Below are positions 50,304 through 60,620 of a stretch of 64,000 bases of DNA, piece after piece (the stretch's first letter is position 1; the number at the start of each line of letters is the position of its first letter). Position numbers and translations under genes: made by a program. Origin of the DNA: Candidatus Bathyarchaeota archaeon (GTDB lineage: Archaea; Thermoproteota; Bathyarchaeia; Bathyarchaeales; Bathycorpusculaceae); contig CAWGYA010000008.1 of the NCBI GenBank assembly GCA_963826715.1, positions 672,001 through 736,000 on the forward strand, written 5' to 3'. The notes beneath the pieces were generated by a model. The model saw only the letters and a program-made list of their open reading frames with translations. It was not told the origin of the DNA and did no database searches.

Positions 50304-51070
50304 AGGAAACTTATATCAAAGAATTCGCTGAAATACAACCCAACAATCCTGTGCTTATCGAAGGCTTGCCTGGATTAGGCTTAGTTGGTAAAATAGCATT
50401 GCGTTACCTAATCAAGCAGCTGAAAGCAAAAAAAATTGCCTACCTTTATAGTCCCCATTTCCCCTACTTCGTACTTGTCAACAAAAAAGGAAATGTGCGG
50501 TTGTTGCGTGGTTCATTCTACTACTATCAGAACCCCAAAGGTAATGATATTCTATTATTTACAGGAGACAGTCAAAGCCAGACCATCGAGGGACAATACG
50601 AAATCGCCGACCGCATGCTTGACTTCAGCGAGAAACATGGTGTCAAAACCATCGCAACAATTGGCGGCTATCGCATGGAACCTCAAGAGAAACCCAAAGT
50701 CTACATAGCTGCAACCAATCATACTATTCTAGAAAAAGCACTCGAAGGCGGAGCAATCCTGAGCGCGTCGGGGAGCCCCATAGTCGGAACTGCAGGACTC
50801 ATCTTGGGCTTGTCAAAATTCAAAAAAATAGAAGCTCTGTGTTTGCTCGGCGAAACACGAGGATATCTGCCTGATCCATTAGCTGCTAAGAGCGTGTTGG
50901 AAGTGCTTAAGGCAACCTTCAACTTCGATTTAGACCTTAAAAACTTAGATGATGAAATCGCTAAAGCAGAAACAATGGTTACCAAGCTACAGCAGATTGA
51001 AGAGAAACGTGCCCTCCAAGCTGAAGAAACCCGTAAGCAAGACGACAAAAAAACAACATATATTTCTTAA
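50300..51070 (+). CDS. PAC2-family proteasome assembly chaperone
   Basis: LIEGLPGLGLVG, IVGTAGL and CLLGETRGYLPDP; follows nop10 as usual. Confidence 0.92.
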   Translation: MKETYIKEFAEIQPNNPVLIEGLPGLGLVGKIALRYLIKQLKAKKIAYLYSPHFPYFVLVNKKGNVRLLRGSFYYYQNPKGNDILLFTGDSQSQTIEGQYEIADRMLDFSEKHGVKTIATIGGYRMEPQEKPKVYIAATNHTILEKALEGGAILSASGSPIVGTAGLILGLSKFKKIEALCLLGETRGYLPDPLAAKSVLEVLKATFNFDLDLKNLDDEIAKAETMVTKLQQIEEKRALQAEETRKQDDKKTTYIS

Positions 51071-52152
51071 CTAAAATTTTTCTTTATTACGTCAACTGTT
51101 TTTTTGGCTGCTGTTCCGTCTCCGAACGGAGAGACTGACGGCAAATCCCCTTCCCAGTTTGCTTCTTTCATGGCCGCCAAAATACAGTTTTTGTCGGTGC
51201 CCACCACCTTAGCAAAACCTGTGTCAACGGCTTCCGGGCGCTCGGTTGATAAGCGGATAACCAGCACGTGCTTTCTTATTTGTGGTGCCGTGGCTTCCTC
51301 TTGGATGCCGCCTGAATCGGTGATAATTATTGTACAGTTTTTCTCCAACATCAAAAAGTCGAGATATCCCAGTGGCGGCAAAATCAATACATGCTTCATT
51401 TTTTCAATTTTGCCAAGCATGTTATGTTCGGCTAGACGCTTACGCGTTCTAGGATGCATTGGATACACAACAGGTAGATGCGACATGGAGAAAACCTCCA
51501 TAAACGAAGAAAGCACATCGGTGTCATCGACGTTTTCTGCCCGGTGCGCCGTTGCCAGTACAAACTTGTCAAATGGTATCTGTTGCATTATGGTTGATTT
51601 TTTTTCTGCAATCGGCAAATGCTCATTTACAGCGTCAATAGCAGTGTTGCCTGTCAGGTAAATTTTTCCCCAAACATTTTCTTTAATCAGATTAGCTTTT
51701 GCTCGTTCAGTAGGTGAAAATAGGAATTCGGATATGTTGTCGGTTAAGCGGCGGTTATGTTCTTCTGGCATTCGCAAATCGTAACTTCTCAACCCTGCCT
51801 CCACATGGCCAATTGGCAAAAATCGTTTGTTCGCTGCCAACGCCGTTGACAGAACCGTATTTGTATCGCCTTCCACTAGCACAATGGATGGCTTAATTTC
51901 TCCAAGAAGCGCATCCATCTTCATCATTATCTCGGCAGTTTGTGCGCCTGGTGATGAAGACTCTATTTTGAGCCAGTTGTTGGGTGCTGACAATTCAAGA
52001 TTTTCAATGAATTGCTGTGCCATATTGTAATCGTAATGTTGCCCGCAGTGAACAAAAATATGAGGCATATCAGCTTTGTTTAGGGCGCGAATTATCGGCG
52101 CCATCTTAATTATTTCTGGCCTAGTTCCCGTTACTACAACAACTGGATCCAA
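51067..52152 (-). CDS. wecB: UDP-N-acetylglucosamine 2-epimerase (non-hydrolysing)
   Basis: GTRPEIIK, GQHYD, HVEAGLRS, PEEHNR and TDSGGIQEEA. Confidence 0.96.
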   Translation of the reverse strand: MDPVVVVTGTRPEIIKMAPIIRALNKADMPHIFVHCGQHYDYNMAQQFIENLELSAPNNWLKIESSSPGAQTAEIMMKMDALLGEIKPSIVLVEGDTNTVLSTALAANKRFLPIGHVEAGLRSYDLRMPEEHNRRLTDNISEFLFSPTERAKANLIKENVWGKIYLTGNTAIDAVNEHLPIAEKKSTIMQQIPFDKFVLATAHRAENVDDTDVLSSFMEVFSMSHLPVVYPMHPRTRKRLAEHNMLGKIEKMKHVLILPPLGYLDFLMLEKNCTIIITDSGGIQEEATAPQIRKHVLVIRLSTERPEAVDTGFAKVVGTDKNCILAAMKEANWEGDLPSVSPFGDGTAAKKTVDVIKKNFS

Positions 52153-52173
52153 GGTAAAGACTTCCTTTTTTGT

Positions 52174-54204
52174 TTATGTCTTCTTTAAGGAACCTTCTCG
52201 TGGCTCATAAATTGTGCCCTCTCGTAACAGCTGCCCAATCATGCGTTCAATTTCTCCACGTGGAATCTTGTGTTTAGTTTCCAGTTCATTAACAAGTGAA
52301 TCGCGTTCCACGATTCCAGTAACTTTTTCCATTTCCATAATGGTGGATAGCACTATACCTAAGCGGTCACGGATGCTCTTGGGTCTGCCAGTCATAATAA
52401 GGTCTATATCAACTTTGTAGGAAGATAAGTCAATGCCTACTTCCTCAAGTGAACGCTTCATGATGGCTATTGCTGCTTCAGCATCTTCGGCACTGACAGT
52501 GTCTCGAAGGGCTACTCGTGCTCGGGCTTCTGCGATACGGACAAGGGACTCCAGTTGGCGCGCTGTAATGGCGACAGGTGAACCTTCTGATTCGCTGGCC
52601 GAACGCATGGCTAAGTAGAAGTCACTGAGTCGTTTGAGTGCTGCCTCGCTAAGCTCTGGCTTGACAGTTTTGGCGTAACTAACATATTTTCTAAGCAATT
52701 CAGCATCTACTTGGGCTTCCACTGGGCTTATTCCGCGTCTGTGGATTTCTAGAATGTGCCTTGACATTTTGCTATCAGATTCTTTGTTTGGGACATCTCG
52801 GAGTACGAAGATGAGATCAAAACGAGAGAGAATAGTGACTGGGAGTGAAATGTTTTCTGCAACTGTACGGTTTGGCTCATATCTGCCAAGGGATGGGTTG
52901 GCGGCTGCTAACACGGCTGTGCGTGCGTTTAGAGTGGCAACTATGCCTCCTTTCGCAACAGAGACCGTGTGCTGTTCCATAGCTTCGTGAATCGCAACTC
53001 GGTCTTCGGGACGCATTTTGTCCATTTCGTCGATACATGCAATGCCTTTATCGGCAAGCACCAATGCCCCTGCTTCAAGACTCATGCTTCCACCCTTCTC
53101 TCGAACAACTGCTGCGGTTAGACCTGCGGCCGTTGTACCTCTGCCAGAAGTATAGAGTCCTCGGGGGGCTATACGGGAAACATATTGGAGCAGTTGAGAT
53201 TTTGCTGTTCCGGGATCGCCAATTATAAGTGCGTTCATTTCCCCTCTAATGTTCATGTCGGGTAGGCTTCTGGATACTCCGCCAAAGAGCAGGTACATGA
53301 CCGCTTCTTTAAGGTGCTCGTTTCCGAAGATAGAAGGAGCGATAGAGGAAATGATTTTTTTGTGTACTAACGGGTCTCTTGAGAGCTCAAGGATTTTTGC
53401 CTCTTCCTCAGGGCTTGGTGGGGAGGTTTCAGGTTCTTTGCCCAGTACCTCGACTGAGTTGGCGTCGAGTTGAAGGATAAATGTGCGAAGTTTCCCCATA
53501 CCCATTAATGAAGGTGCAAAAGCTCTGACGACGCCGACAATGGAAACGTGGTCTCCAGGTCTGGCAACATCCACGATTTCGTCGCCGATGAGTTTACATG
53601 CTAAAACCCTTGGCAATTGCCCAGGTGGTAAATCCTCAGGTTTTTCCTGTAATCTTAAATCCTGTGAATCGATAAATGTAGATTCCTCTTGATTGAACTC
53701 AAATGGTCCATCTCTGCCGCAATCAGGCGCTTGGCAAATCGCCGGGGCTTTGAGGAACTGTCCTGTTTGTTCAACATGGTTTACTGTACCGCAACGCTTG
53801 CATTTGAAAGCTGCGATTTGTACCATGGGTCGTACAGGTGTTGCTCGGACAACGATGCCTTCCACCATGACGAGTTTACTCATTTGGCGTGAGCCGAGTT
53901 TGCGTAGTTGCTCTTTACCAAGTAGTTTTACAATGCGAACGATGATTTTCTCAATTTTCTCTGCGTATTCGGCGTCCTCAATACGTAGTTGCTCATATGC
54001 ACCTTTAGCTGCATGTTGAAGGTACTCTTCAGGTTTAGCTAAAATTTGCTCTGAGAGGGCTCGGTCAAAACCGTAAAGCTCCTCAAAGTCGATTGTTAAG
54101 CTGTTTTTGCCGCTAATCGAAAGCTGCGCGATTCGCTGACGATATTTTTCTTTTTTGAAAAAATCCTGGAAACGTTGTTGCGGGTCAATAGTTTCTAGTG
54201 TCAT
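52174..54204 (-). CDS. mcm: Replicative helicase MCM
   Basis: Zn finger, GDPGTAKSQ, CIDEMDKM, arginine finger SRFD and C-terminal wHTH. Confidence 0.98.
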   Translation of the reverse strand: MTLETIDPQQRFQDFFKKEKYRQRIAQLSISGKNSLTIDFEELYGFDRALSEQILAKPEEYLQHAAKGAYEQLRIEDAEYAEKIEKIIVRIVKLLGKEQLRKLGSRQMSKLVMVEGIVVRATPVRPMVQIAAFKCKRCGTVNHVEQTGQFLKAPAICQAPDCGRDGPFEFNQEESTFIDSQDLRLQEKPEDLPPGQLPRVLACKLIGDEIVDVARPGDHVSIVGVVRAFAPSLMGMGKLRTFILQLDANSVEVLGKEPETSPPSPEEEAKILELSRDPLVHKKIISSIAPSIFGNEHLKEAVMYLLFGGVSRSLPDMNIRGEMNALIIGDPGTAKSQLLQYVSRIAPRGLYTSGRGTTAAGLTAAVVREKGGSMSLEAGALVLADKGIACIDEMDKMRPEDRVAIHEAMEQHTVSVAKGGIVATLNARTAVLAAANPSLGRYEPNRTVAENISLPVTILSRFDLIFVLRDVPNKESDSKMSRHILEIHRRGISPVEAQVDAELLRKYVSYAKTVKPELSEAALKRLSDFYLAMRSASESEGSPVAITARQLESLVRIAEARARVALRDTVSAEDAEAAIAIMKRSLEEVGIDLSSYKVDIDLIMTGRPKSIRDRLGIVLSTIMEMEKVTGIVERDSLVNELETKHKIPRGEIERMIGQLLREGTIYEPREGSLKKT

Positions 54205-54210
54205 AAATTA

Positions 54211-54807
54211 TTAAGCTCCGTTTTCCAGAATCTTGGCTTTCCACTCAGAGATAATTTTGACGAGCTGTTCATAGAGAAGTTTCTCTTCATCTGTAAGTTT
54301 TTTGAGCACCTGCTCACTTTGAGCTGGGGCAGATGAAAGAGCTACGATTTTTTTAAGTCGTGAATTCACGATATCGCGTGCAAGCTGTTTCGTGCGGTCA
54401 TACTCGTGAAATTTTTCTGATTGCTGAGTTCGGGTGGCTTGGTCTTTTTGGTCACCCAGAAACCTGCGTAGTTTAGGGTAGAAATCTTCAGGTAATTCAC
54501 CGATTTGCCCGGGGATTTGAACGCCTTCTTTCCACTGTGCTTTATAGAGTTTGGTTGTATCCAAGATGTCATCTTCGCGGAAATGAACAAGCCCAGCGGA
54601 CGCAAGTTCCTTTGCCACCCAAAAGTGAACTTCATAATCGTTGCCCTCATCAAAGGGACCTACAGTTAAGCCTGAAAGTTTGATTTCGGGGCAATTTCGG
54701 TTTGCTATTATTTTAACCATGGAATTCTCATAACAAAAATCCAAGGTACATATTCTGTTTGCTACCACTCTTTTGTCCCTCCCAAACATCTCCTTTTCAG
54801 GGTTCAA
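54211..54807 (-). CDS. GINS subunit Gins23
   Basis: N-terminal B domain (GPF...WVAKEL), LPEDFY, RLKKI and LTDEEK; directly upstream of mcm. The true start is probably downstream of 54807. Confidence 0.85.
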   Translation of the reverse strand: MNPEKEMFGRDKRVVANRICTLDFCYENSMVKIIANRNCPEIKLSGLTVGPFDEGNDYEVHFWVAKELASAGLVHFREDDILDTTKLYKAQWKEGVQIPGQIGELPEDFYPKLRRFLGDQKDQATRTQQSEKFHEYDRTKQLARDIVNSRLKKIVALSSAPAQSEQVLKKLTDEEKLLYEQLVKIISEWKAKILENGA

Positions 54808-55023
54808 AAGATATGGTAAATAGAGTTTTAAGGGTTTGCACTAGATGTTTTGGGCCTACCGGAGATGTTGGAACTGCAGTTTTAGGCATTATTTGTGTTT
54901 TTTTTATTTACTTTGAACAAACCTTCTAGCCAAATGGGCTAATACGCTCATTTATAGCACATTGTTAATACTCCGTAGCTTTAGGGTAAATCCAAAAAAT
55001 TTATTTTTTCTTCTGTTTCGATT

Positions 55024-56274
55024 TCAGGGCCAAAGTCCAAGTGTCTTTATTGCATTCGCCACGCGACCAACTCCTAGCATTAACGCGCCTGTTCGCATAT
55101 CGCTTTCTTGTCGTGCCACCACCGCCTCCACGTCGTTGAATGCCTTGGTCATTTTCTCCTCCAGCTTGCGATTTACCATCTCTAGAGGCCATTGCTCCCT
55201 TGTAAGGTTCTGTACCCATTCGAAATAACTGACTGTGACGCCCCCGCTATTGGCAAGTATGTCGGGGATGAGGCAGATTTCTTTTTCAAAGAGGATTTTG
55301 TCGGCTTCAGGGGTGGTTGGTCCGTTGGCGGCTTCGGCTACCATTTTTGCTTTGATGTGATCAGCGTTTTTCGCTGTGATTTGACTCTCCAATGCGGCGG
55401 GGATAAGTATATCGCATTCTAACTGCAGGAGTTCCTCGTTTGTAATATTTTTGCAGCCCCGATATCCCTGTAGACTGCCCGTTTTCTCTTTATGTACCAA
55501 AACATCTGCTGGAACCATTCCGTTAGGGTTAAAGATACCGCCAATTGAGTCGCTAACAGCCACCACAGTGTAACCTACCTCCCTTGCAGCCTCGGCAGCA
55601 TGATAGCCCACATTGCCAAAGCCCTGAATCGCAACGGTTACGTCCTTGAGCTTTAAGCAGTTGTTGGCGATTGCTTGTTTTACGCAATGGATAACACCTC
55701 TGCCTGTAGCTTCGGTTCTGCCCCAGGAACCGCCTATTTCAACGGGTTTGCCTGTGACGGCTTCGGGAATGCGATAGCCTTTGATTTGACTATAAGTGTC
55801 CATTATCCAAGCCATTGTCTGTTGGTCAGTGTACATGTCGGGTGCTATTATATCTCGATGTGGACCTAGATACTCGATGATAAGACTTACATACCTACGA
55901 GTTAGTCGCTCTAGTTCGAGTTGACTGAGTTTTTTGCTATCCACGCATATGCCACCTTTTGCACCTCCGAAGGGGATGTCAGCTATTGCACATTTCCACG
56001 TCATGAGCATTGCAAGTGCTGTTACATCGTTTAAGCTAGTGTTGGGTGAGTAACGGAGACCTCCTTTGAAGGGTCCACGAGCGTCCCAATGCTGCACTCG
56101 TATACCGTTGAAGACACCCACGGAGCCATCGTCCATATGCACGTCCATGCTGACAGTTATGCTACGTTTGGGATGGTTTAGCATGCGTTGCAATCCGGCG
56201 TCTAAGTCTAGTTTTTTGGATGCTAGATCAAGTTGAGATAGTGTTACTGATAGCGGTGTGTGATCTTCCGACAT
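55024..56274 (-). CDS. gdhA: Glutamate dehydrogenase (Glu/Leu/Phe/Val family)
   Basis: GPFKGGLRY, GGAKGG, APDM, QGFGNVG and PDILANSGGV. Confidence 0.95.
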   Translation of the reverse strand: MSEDHTPLSVTLSQLDLASKKLDLDAGLQRMLNHPKRSITVSMDVHMDDGSVGVFNGIRVQHWDARGPFKGGLRYSPNTSLNDVTALAMLMTWKCAIADIPFGGAKGGICVDSKKLSQLELERLTRRYVSLIIEYLGPHRDIIAPDMYTDQQTMAWIMDTYSQIKGYRIPEAVTGKPVEIGGSWGRTEATGRGVIHCVKQAIANNCLKLKDVTVAIQGFGNVGYHAAEAAREVGYTVVAVSDSIGGIFNPNGMVPADVLVHKEKTGSLQGYRGCKNITNEELLQLECDILIPAALESQITAKNADHIKAKMVAEAANGPTTPEADKILFEKEICLIPDILANSGGVTVSYFEWVQNLTREQWPLEMVNRKLEEKMTKAFNDVEAVVARQESDMRTGALMLGVGRVANAIKTLGLWP

Positions 56275-56476
56275 AATGGGCCTTCTACGTCAAAACATTG
56301 TTTGGGGTCGTTAAATAAGACTTCTCTTGGTTTTTCTATGTTTGGTTGATGTTCTTATATACATAACAGTTTTTGCTATTTCAATTGCTGTTATTATATA
56401 ATTTCTATTGTTTATATGTATTAAATACAATTTATTAGGTTTAATAAACTTATTTTTTTTAAAATTACCCTTAACT

Positions 56477-56785
56477 TTACTTATCCCTTAGACACTGTGG
56501 GCATACGCAACCAAACGGTAAATTTTTAGTCGTGCATACTTCAATGTAGCTGCAGAGCTTACACGGAAAATCTTTACCACATTGAGTGCAATATTGAAGA
56601 AAAAGCACTTCATCACCCAGTATATCACTGATGGCTACTATTACTGTTTCAATGGTATTGTAGCTTTTAATCATGAATAGCCCTTTCTCGCGGCTATAAT
56701 CCAGGCCCAGGTGCATAAGGCTAACGAATTTTTCTTTATCCAGCCGCGGAAGCTTAAAGCCTTTGCCGTTCAAAACAATAACCAT
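56477..56785 (-). CDS. Hypothetical protein with a Cys-rich C-terminus
   Basis: CTQC...CKLC...C...CVCPQC; immediately downstream of rfcL. Confidence 0.7.
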   Translation of the reverse strand: MVIVLNGKGFKLPRLDKEKFVSLMHLGLDYSREKGLFMIKSYNTIETVIVAISDILGDEVLFLQYCTQCGKDFPCKLCSYIEVCTTKNLPFGCVCPQCLRDK

Positions 56786-56788
56786 CTG

Positions 56789-58030
56789 TTAGTACCTACC
56801 CATTTTTATTAGAAAATCCACTTCTTCGGGAGTAAACTTAAACCATGCTGCAAGGGGGTTGCTACGTTGTTTTTGCAGGATCAACTTGATGTAGGGGACA
56901 AAATCATGTTTGGCGGTTTCGATAGATACGTGGCATTGGGTGCCGATTTTTCTGCATATGCTATTGAGGTTAGTGCGTTTTCCTTTAGTCCAGAACAAGG
57001 TGATGATTCGGATGGGCGGGGTTATTAGGGTGAAAGATTTGTATGATTCTGGGTTCACCGATGCGGCTTGTGCCAATTCGTTGAAGAAATATTTGAGCAG
57101 ATGCCAATTTTCAGTGCCAATTCTGCCCCGGAACATGTCAGCCTGAGACACAAAATCAAAGGCTTTAGCTAGTTCCCCTGGTTCAGTGTAACGTTTGGGT
57201 AAGTTGTCGGCTACGGAGAGCAGAAAATCATCGTAATCAATGTTGGAGTAACTCAGTAGCCTCGAAACATCAGCTATGGCGGAGGATGAAAAGAAACCCC
57301 GCAACGTATCATCCATGCTTATGTCTTTGTTTCGACTGCTCAACATCACGGTATCTTGGAGAGTTAAGATATGGTTTTCTTCGCTGAGACTTTGCAAATC
57401 GTTGATGGCAGAACGAACGTCCCCCTTGCTGTTTTGGGCGATGCGTTCAAGCGCTTCAAACTCCGCCTGAACATGTTCTAAAAGACAAATTTTCTGGAGC
57501 AATGCGATGATGAGTGGGATGCGGACCTGTTGGAAACGCACCAGTAAACAGGTCCTCTTTAGGGGTCTAAGCTTGTCTATTTCGGGGTCGTTTGCCGCCA
57601 TTATTACGGGGACTAGTGATTGCTCGATGATTTTAATGATAGCGTTAACGCCGCCGCGGTCTTCGTTACCTGCGATGCCGTCGACCTCATCGAGGAACAG
57701 CACATTGCCAAGTGTATTATTTCGTTCTCCCGTAAAGCTGTCAAGTGACTTATAGGATGTTGCAGGTTTAGCGACAGCGTTTATGGCCTTCTCAGAGCGT
57801 GTGTCGCTTGCGTTCATTTCTACGGCGGTGAAGCCGAATTCTCTAGATGCGGCGAGGATCAACGCGGTTTTGCCTACACCTGCAGGGCCAGAGAGTAACA
57901 CAGCTTTCTTTGTGTGCCGCTTGTTTTTTAGCCACTCTAGAAACAGCGCCTTAGCTTCGTCGTTGCCAACTACATCCTCGATTTTTTTGGGGCGGTACTT
58001 CTCAACCCATAGCAGATCATTTCGTTGCAT
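56789..58030 (-). CDS. rfcL: Replication factor C large subunit
   Basis: WVEKYRP, GPAGVGKT, EMNASDTR, LDEVDG and GDVRSAIND. Confidence 0.95.
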   Translation of the reverse strand: MQRNDLLWVEKYRPKKIEDVVGNDEAKALFLEWLKNKRHTKKAVLLSGPAGVGKTALILAASREFGFTAVEMNASDTRSEKAINAVAKPATSYKSLDSFTGERNNTLGNVLFLDEVDGIAGNEDRGGVNAIIKIIEQSLVPVIMAANDPEIDKLRPLKRTCLLVRFQQVRIPLIIALLQKICLLEHVQAEFEALERIAQNSKGDVRSAINDLQSLSEENHILTLQDTVMLSSRNKDISMDDTLRGFFSSSAIADVSRLLSYSNIDYDDFLLSVADNLPKRYTEPGELAKAFDFVSQADMFRGRIGTENWHLLKYFFNELAQAASVNPESYKSFTLITPPIRIITLFWTKGKRTNLNSICRKIGTQCHVSIETAKHDFVPYIKLILQKQRSNPLAAWFKFTPEEVDFLIKMGRY

Positions 58031-59027
58031 AGTTTTCCTCTATACCTTTCCCGAATTTGGCAAACTGCGCAAGTAGAGCGCTGAGTTGGATGTCACTGTT
58101 AGCTCCCTGTGTTAAGCGATAATCATATTCACCAATGACCTGTGAAATGTCGGCTTTCTGCTCTGCCGTTAAATCTGACATTTTGAAGATTTCCCGTTGC
58201 ACCTGACGAATAATTTCTGAGCCAGAGAAACCAAAGTTGCCCATTATGTCATACATGGTTTTCCTTGCTTCCAAAAAGTCACCGTAGAGAGCTTTACGTA
58301 TCATCTTCTGTACCAGCATTGGGCTGGCTTCGCCTATGACCAAAGATACTGTTTTCTCATCTACTTCGCCTTCTTTATAGGCAGATGCGGTTTGCAGCGC
58401 GTTGATGGCGTGACGTAAATCGCCCTCGGAGTAATCTACGATTCGCTCCGCCGCTTCAGGTAACAACGTCAAATGCTCCTTCTGCGCGATGCACATTAGG
58501 TGCTCTTTCATGGCTTGTCGGTCAAGGCGCGAGAAGCGGAATATGGCGCATCGACTTTGGATGGGTTCGATTATCTTGCTTGATTGATTGCAGATTAATA
58601 TGAAGCGGCTGGTGCGGCTACCGATTTCCATGATACGCCTAAGCGCGGTTTGTGCTGGACCCGTCATCTGGTCGCATTCATCGAGAATGATGAGTGCGAA
58701 GGGTATATTGCCACCGAAACCGGTGCGACTATATCGACTGAAATCTTTAATACGGTCGCGCACGGTGTCGATGCCGCGTTCGTCAGAAGCGTTGAGTTCC
58801 AATGTGAAGTTTCGCCAACTGTCGCCGTAAAGAGTGTGGGCGATGGCGAGTGCTATGGTGGTTTTTCCTGTGCCGGGGATGCCTGCCAGCATAAGATGGG
58901 GCATAGTTTTTGGGTTCTTCATAAAAGCCTTGAGGCTTTCTTTAATGTCTGTTAAGCCTACGATTTCATCGAGGTTTCGAGGTCGATACTTCTCAACCCA
59001 CATAAGTGAATCTTGGTTAACTGCCAT
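58017..59027 (-). CDS. rfcS: Replication factor C small subunit
   Basis: WVEKYRP, GTGKTT, ELNASDERGID, SRC motif and GDLR. Confidence 0.97.
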   Translation of the reverse strand: MAVNQDSLMWVEKYRPRNLDEIVGLTDIKESLKAFMKNPKTMPHLMLAGIPGTGKTTIALAIAHTLYGDSWRNFTLELNASDERGIDTVRDRIKDFSRYSRTGFGGNIPFALIILDECDQMTGPAQTALRRIMEIGSRTSRFILICNQSSKIIEPIQSRCAIFRFSRLDRQAMKEHLMCIAQKEHLTLLPEAAERIVDYSEGDLRHAINALQTASAYKEGEVDEKTVSLVIGEASPMLVQKMIRKALYGDFLEARKTMYDIMGNFGFSGSEIIRQVQREIFKMSDLTAEQKADISQVIGEYDYRLTQGANSDIQLSALLAQFAKFGKGIEENYATK

Positions 59028-59169
59028 AAACGAGACCTTCCACAATAAATCAGTAAAATATCCTCTACCATAATTAATTTAACTTTTCCTATAACCGTAA
59101 GAATAAATTTAAACGACTTTCTTTTCTGAAAATTGCCGAGGCATAAAGTTTTTCATTAGCTGTCTTTTT

Positions 59170-59502
59170 TTAACAGATTTTACTGCCTTCGGCCAGGTCT
59201 TTTTCGGGTTGTAATATCGATACGTTCCCTGGTTCATCTTCAGCCGCTAGAATCATGCACTGTGACTCAAGTCCCGCTATTTTTCGTATTTGAAGGTTGA
59301 GGAGGAACACGCATTTTTTGCCCACCAACTCTTCTGGTTGGTAGTATTTAAGTAGCCCAGCGACGCATTGACGTTTTTCTTCTCCAAAATCCACCTGGAT
59401 TTGGATGAGTTTTTTGGATTCGGGGACCGGGATGGCATCAACTATTTTGCCAATGCGCAGATCAATTTTCTCAAAGTCAGTAAAACTTATTTCCTCTACC
59501 AT
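59170..59502 (-). CDS. Stand-alone tRNA-binding OB-fold protein (Trbp111/CsaA/MetRS C-terminal type)
   Basis: FEKIDLRIGKI, VDFGEEKRQ and ESQCMILAA. Confidence 0.9.
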   Translation of the reverse strand: MVEEISFTDFEKIDLRIGKIVDAIPVPESKKLIQIQVDFGEEKRQCVAGLLKYYQPEELVGKKCVFLLNLQIRKIAGLESQCMILAAEDEPGNVSILQPEKDLAEGSKIC

Positions 59503-59698
59503 CTGTTTACACGGAGCAAATGTTACCGCGAGTTGGAATATTTACTTTGCTTTCTTTGTCCGACCAGTCACGTCTATGATAGAAACTTGTAGCCTAAACA
59601 TTGGTTCGATGATGTCGGTTTTGGTCCCTGCACAGGTGGATACCACATCTTTAGGTGAAGAAAGCCAAAGAAATACAACATCTACCTTCGAGAAATTC

Positions 59699-60373
59699 TC
59701 AGATAGTTTGGGCTTTACTTTTTATTTTTTTCTTTCGCTTAGCCGTGGTTTTGGGTACTTCAAGATTTTTGAGGTAATCCTCAAGCGATTTGCGTCGAAC
59801 TTCCAAGGTTATATCACCTCGGGTTGATTCGATGATTCGCCTTCCGATGTCAGATTTGTGCCGTAGTCCTGGAACCAACATATATGCTTCATCGAGCGCG
59901 AGAAGTTGAATAAAGATTTGGTCCATTACTTCAAGGCACCCTACGCCCTTTTCTACTTTACCATCCCGAAGATAATCCAGAGCCAACCGCCTATATTCAC
60001 CAATAACATCTGCTAACCCAAGTACATAGTCAACTGAAGGCACGTTGATTTCGAGGGGGGTAACAAAACGATTCTCTCCAACCAAAGTCAAAAGAATAGA
60101 TGCTTCCGAGAATTCCTGCATCGCCGCGTTGAACATCCCGCCGTAGATAATTTCTGGGTACTTCTTGGATAAGACCTGCAGATTTTGGATTTTCTCTTTT
60201 GCCTCTGCCAGCATCTTTGAGGCGTCGCCTTGGCGTTTTTGGTGTAACAGCAGAATTGCCTGTTTTGAGAGACTGGTGGCCTTGCGCATGCTCTCATGGG
60301 TTTCTTCGCGAACCTGATTTTTCGTCATAAGCTCAGTTTTGATTTGATCAATGACTTTTTCAAGGGAAGACAA
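59699..60373 (-). CDS. Translin/TRAX-family protein
   Basis: QEFSEA and DYVLGLADVIGEYRR. TTG 60373 taken as the start; the ORF is open from 60460. Confidence 0.88.
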   Translation of the reverse strand: MSSLEKVIDQIKTELMTKNQVREETHESMRKATSLSKQAILLLHQKRQGDASKMLAEAKEKIQNLQVLSKKYPEIIYGGMFNAAMQEFSEASILLTLVGENRFVTPLEINVPSVDYVLGLADVIGEYRRLALDYLRDGKVEKGVGCLEVMDQIFIQLLALDEAYMLVPGLRHKSDIGRRIIESTRGDITLEVRRKSLEDYLKNLEVPKTTAKRKKKIKSKAQTI

Positions 60374-60437
60374 AATTTGCCACCAAAATAGTAGAATGGT
60401 TGGGTTGTTTATTTCAATTTCTAAGTAGAAGTATGCT

Positions 60438-60620
60438 TTAGGGTTCCTGCCATTTCTCAACTAAAAGTTTACTGTCACCTAACTCGAAGTTTACTTTAAC
60501 GAAGATTGCGTCTGCACCTTTGATTGGGAACATACTGTCCTCAGCAAGGTTTTTGGGGAGATAAACTAGATATTTGCCGTCTTTTCTGCGGAATAGCCTT
60601 CCTTTCCCTTCGCTTACCAT
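60438..60620 (-). CDS. Small AbrB-like hypothetical protein
   Basis: GRLFRRKDGKYLVYLPKNLA resembles a swapped-hairpin pattern. Confidence 0.6.
   Translation of the reverse strand: MVSEGKGRLFRRKDGKYLVYLPKNLAEDSMFPIKGADAIFVKVNFELGDSKLLVEKWQEP

Noticed and set aside
52174-59027. Inteins in MCM or RFC (DP2 also checked)
   Set aside because: Protein lengths are normal and the conserved motifs are uninterrupted.
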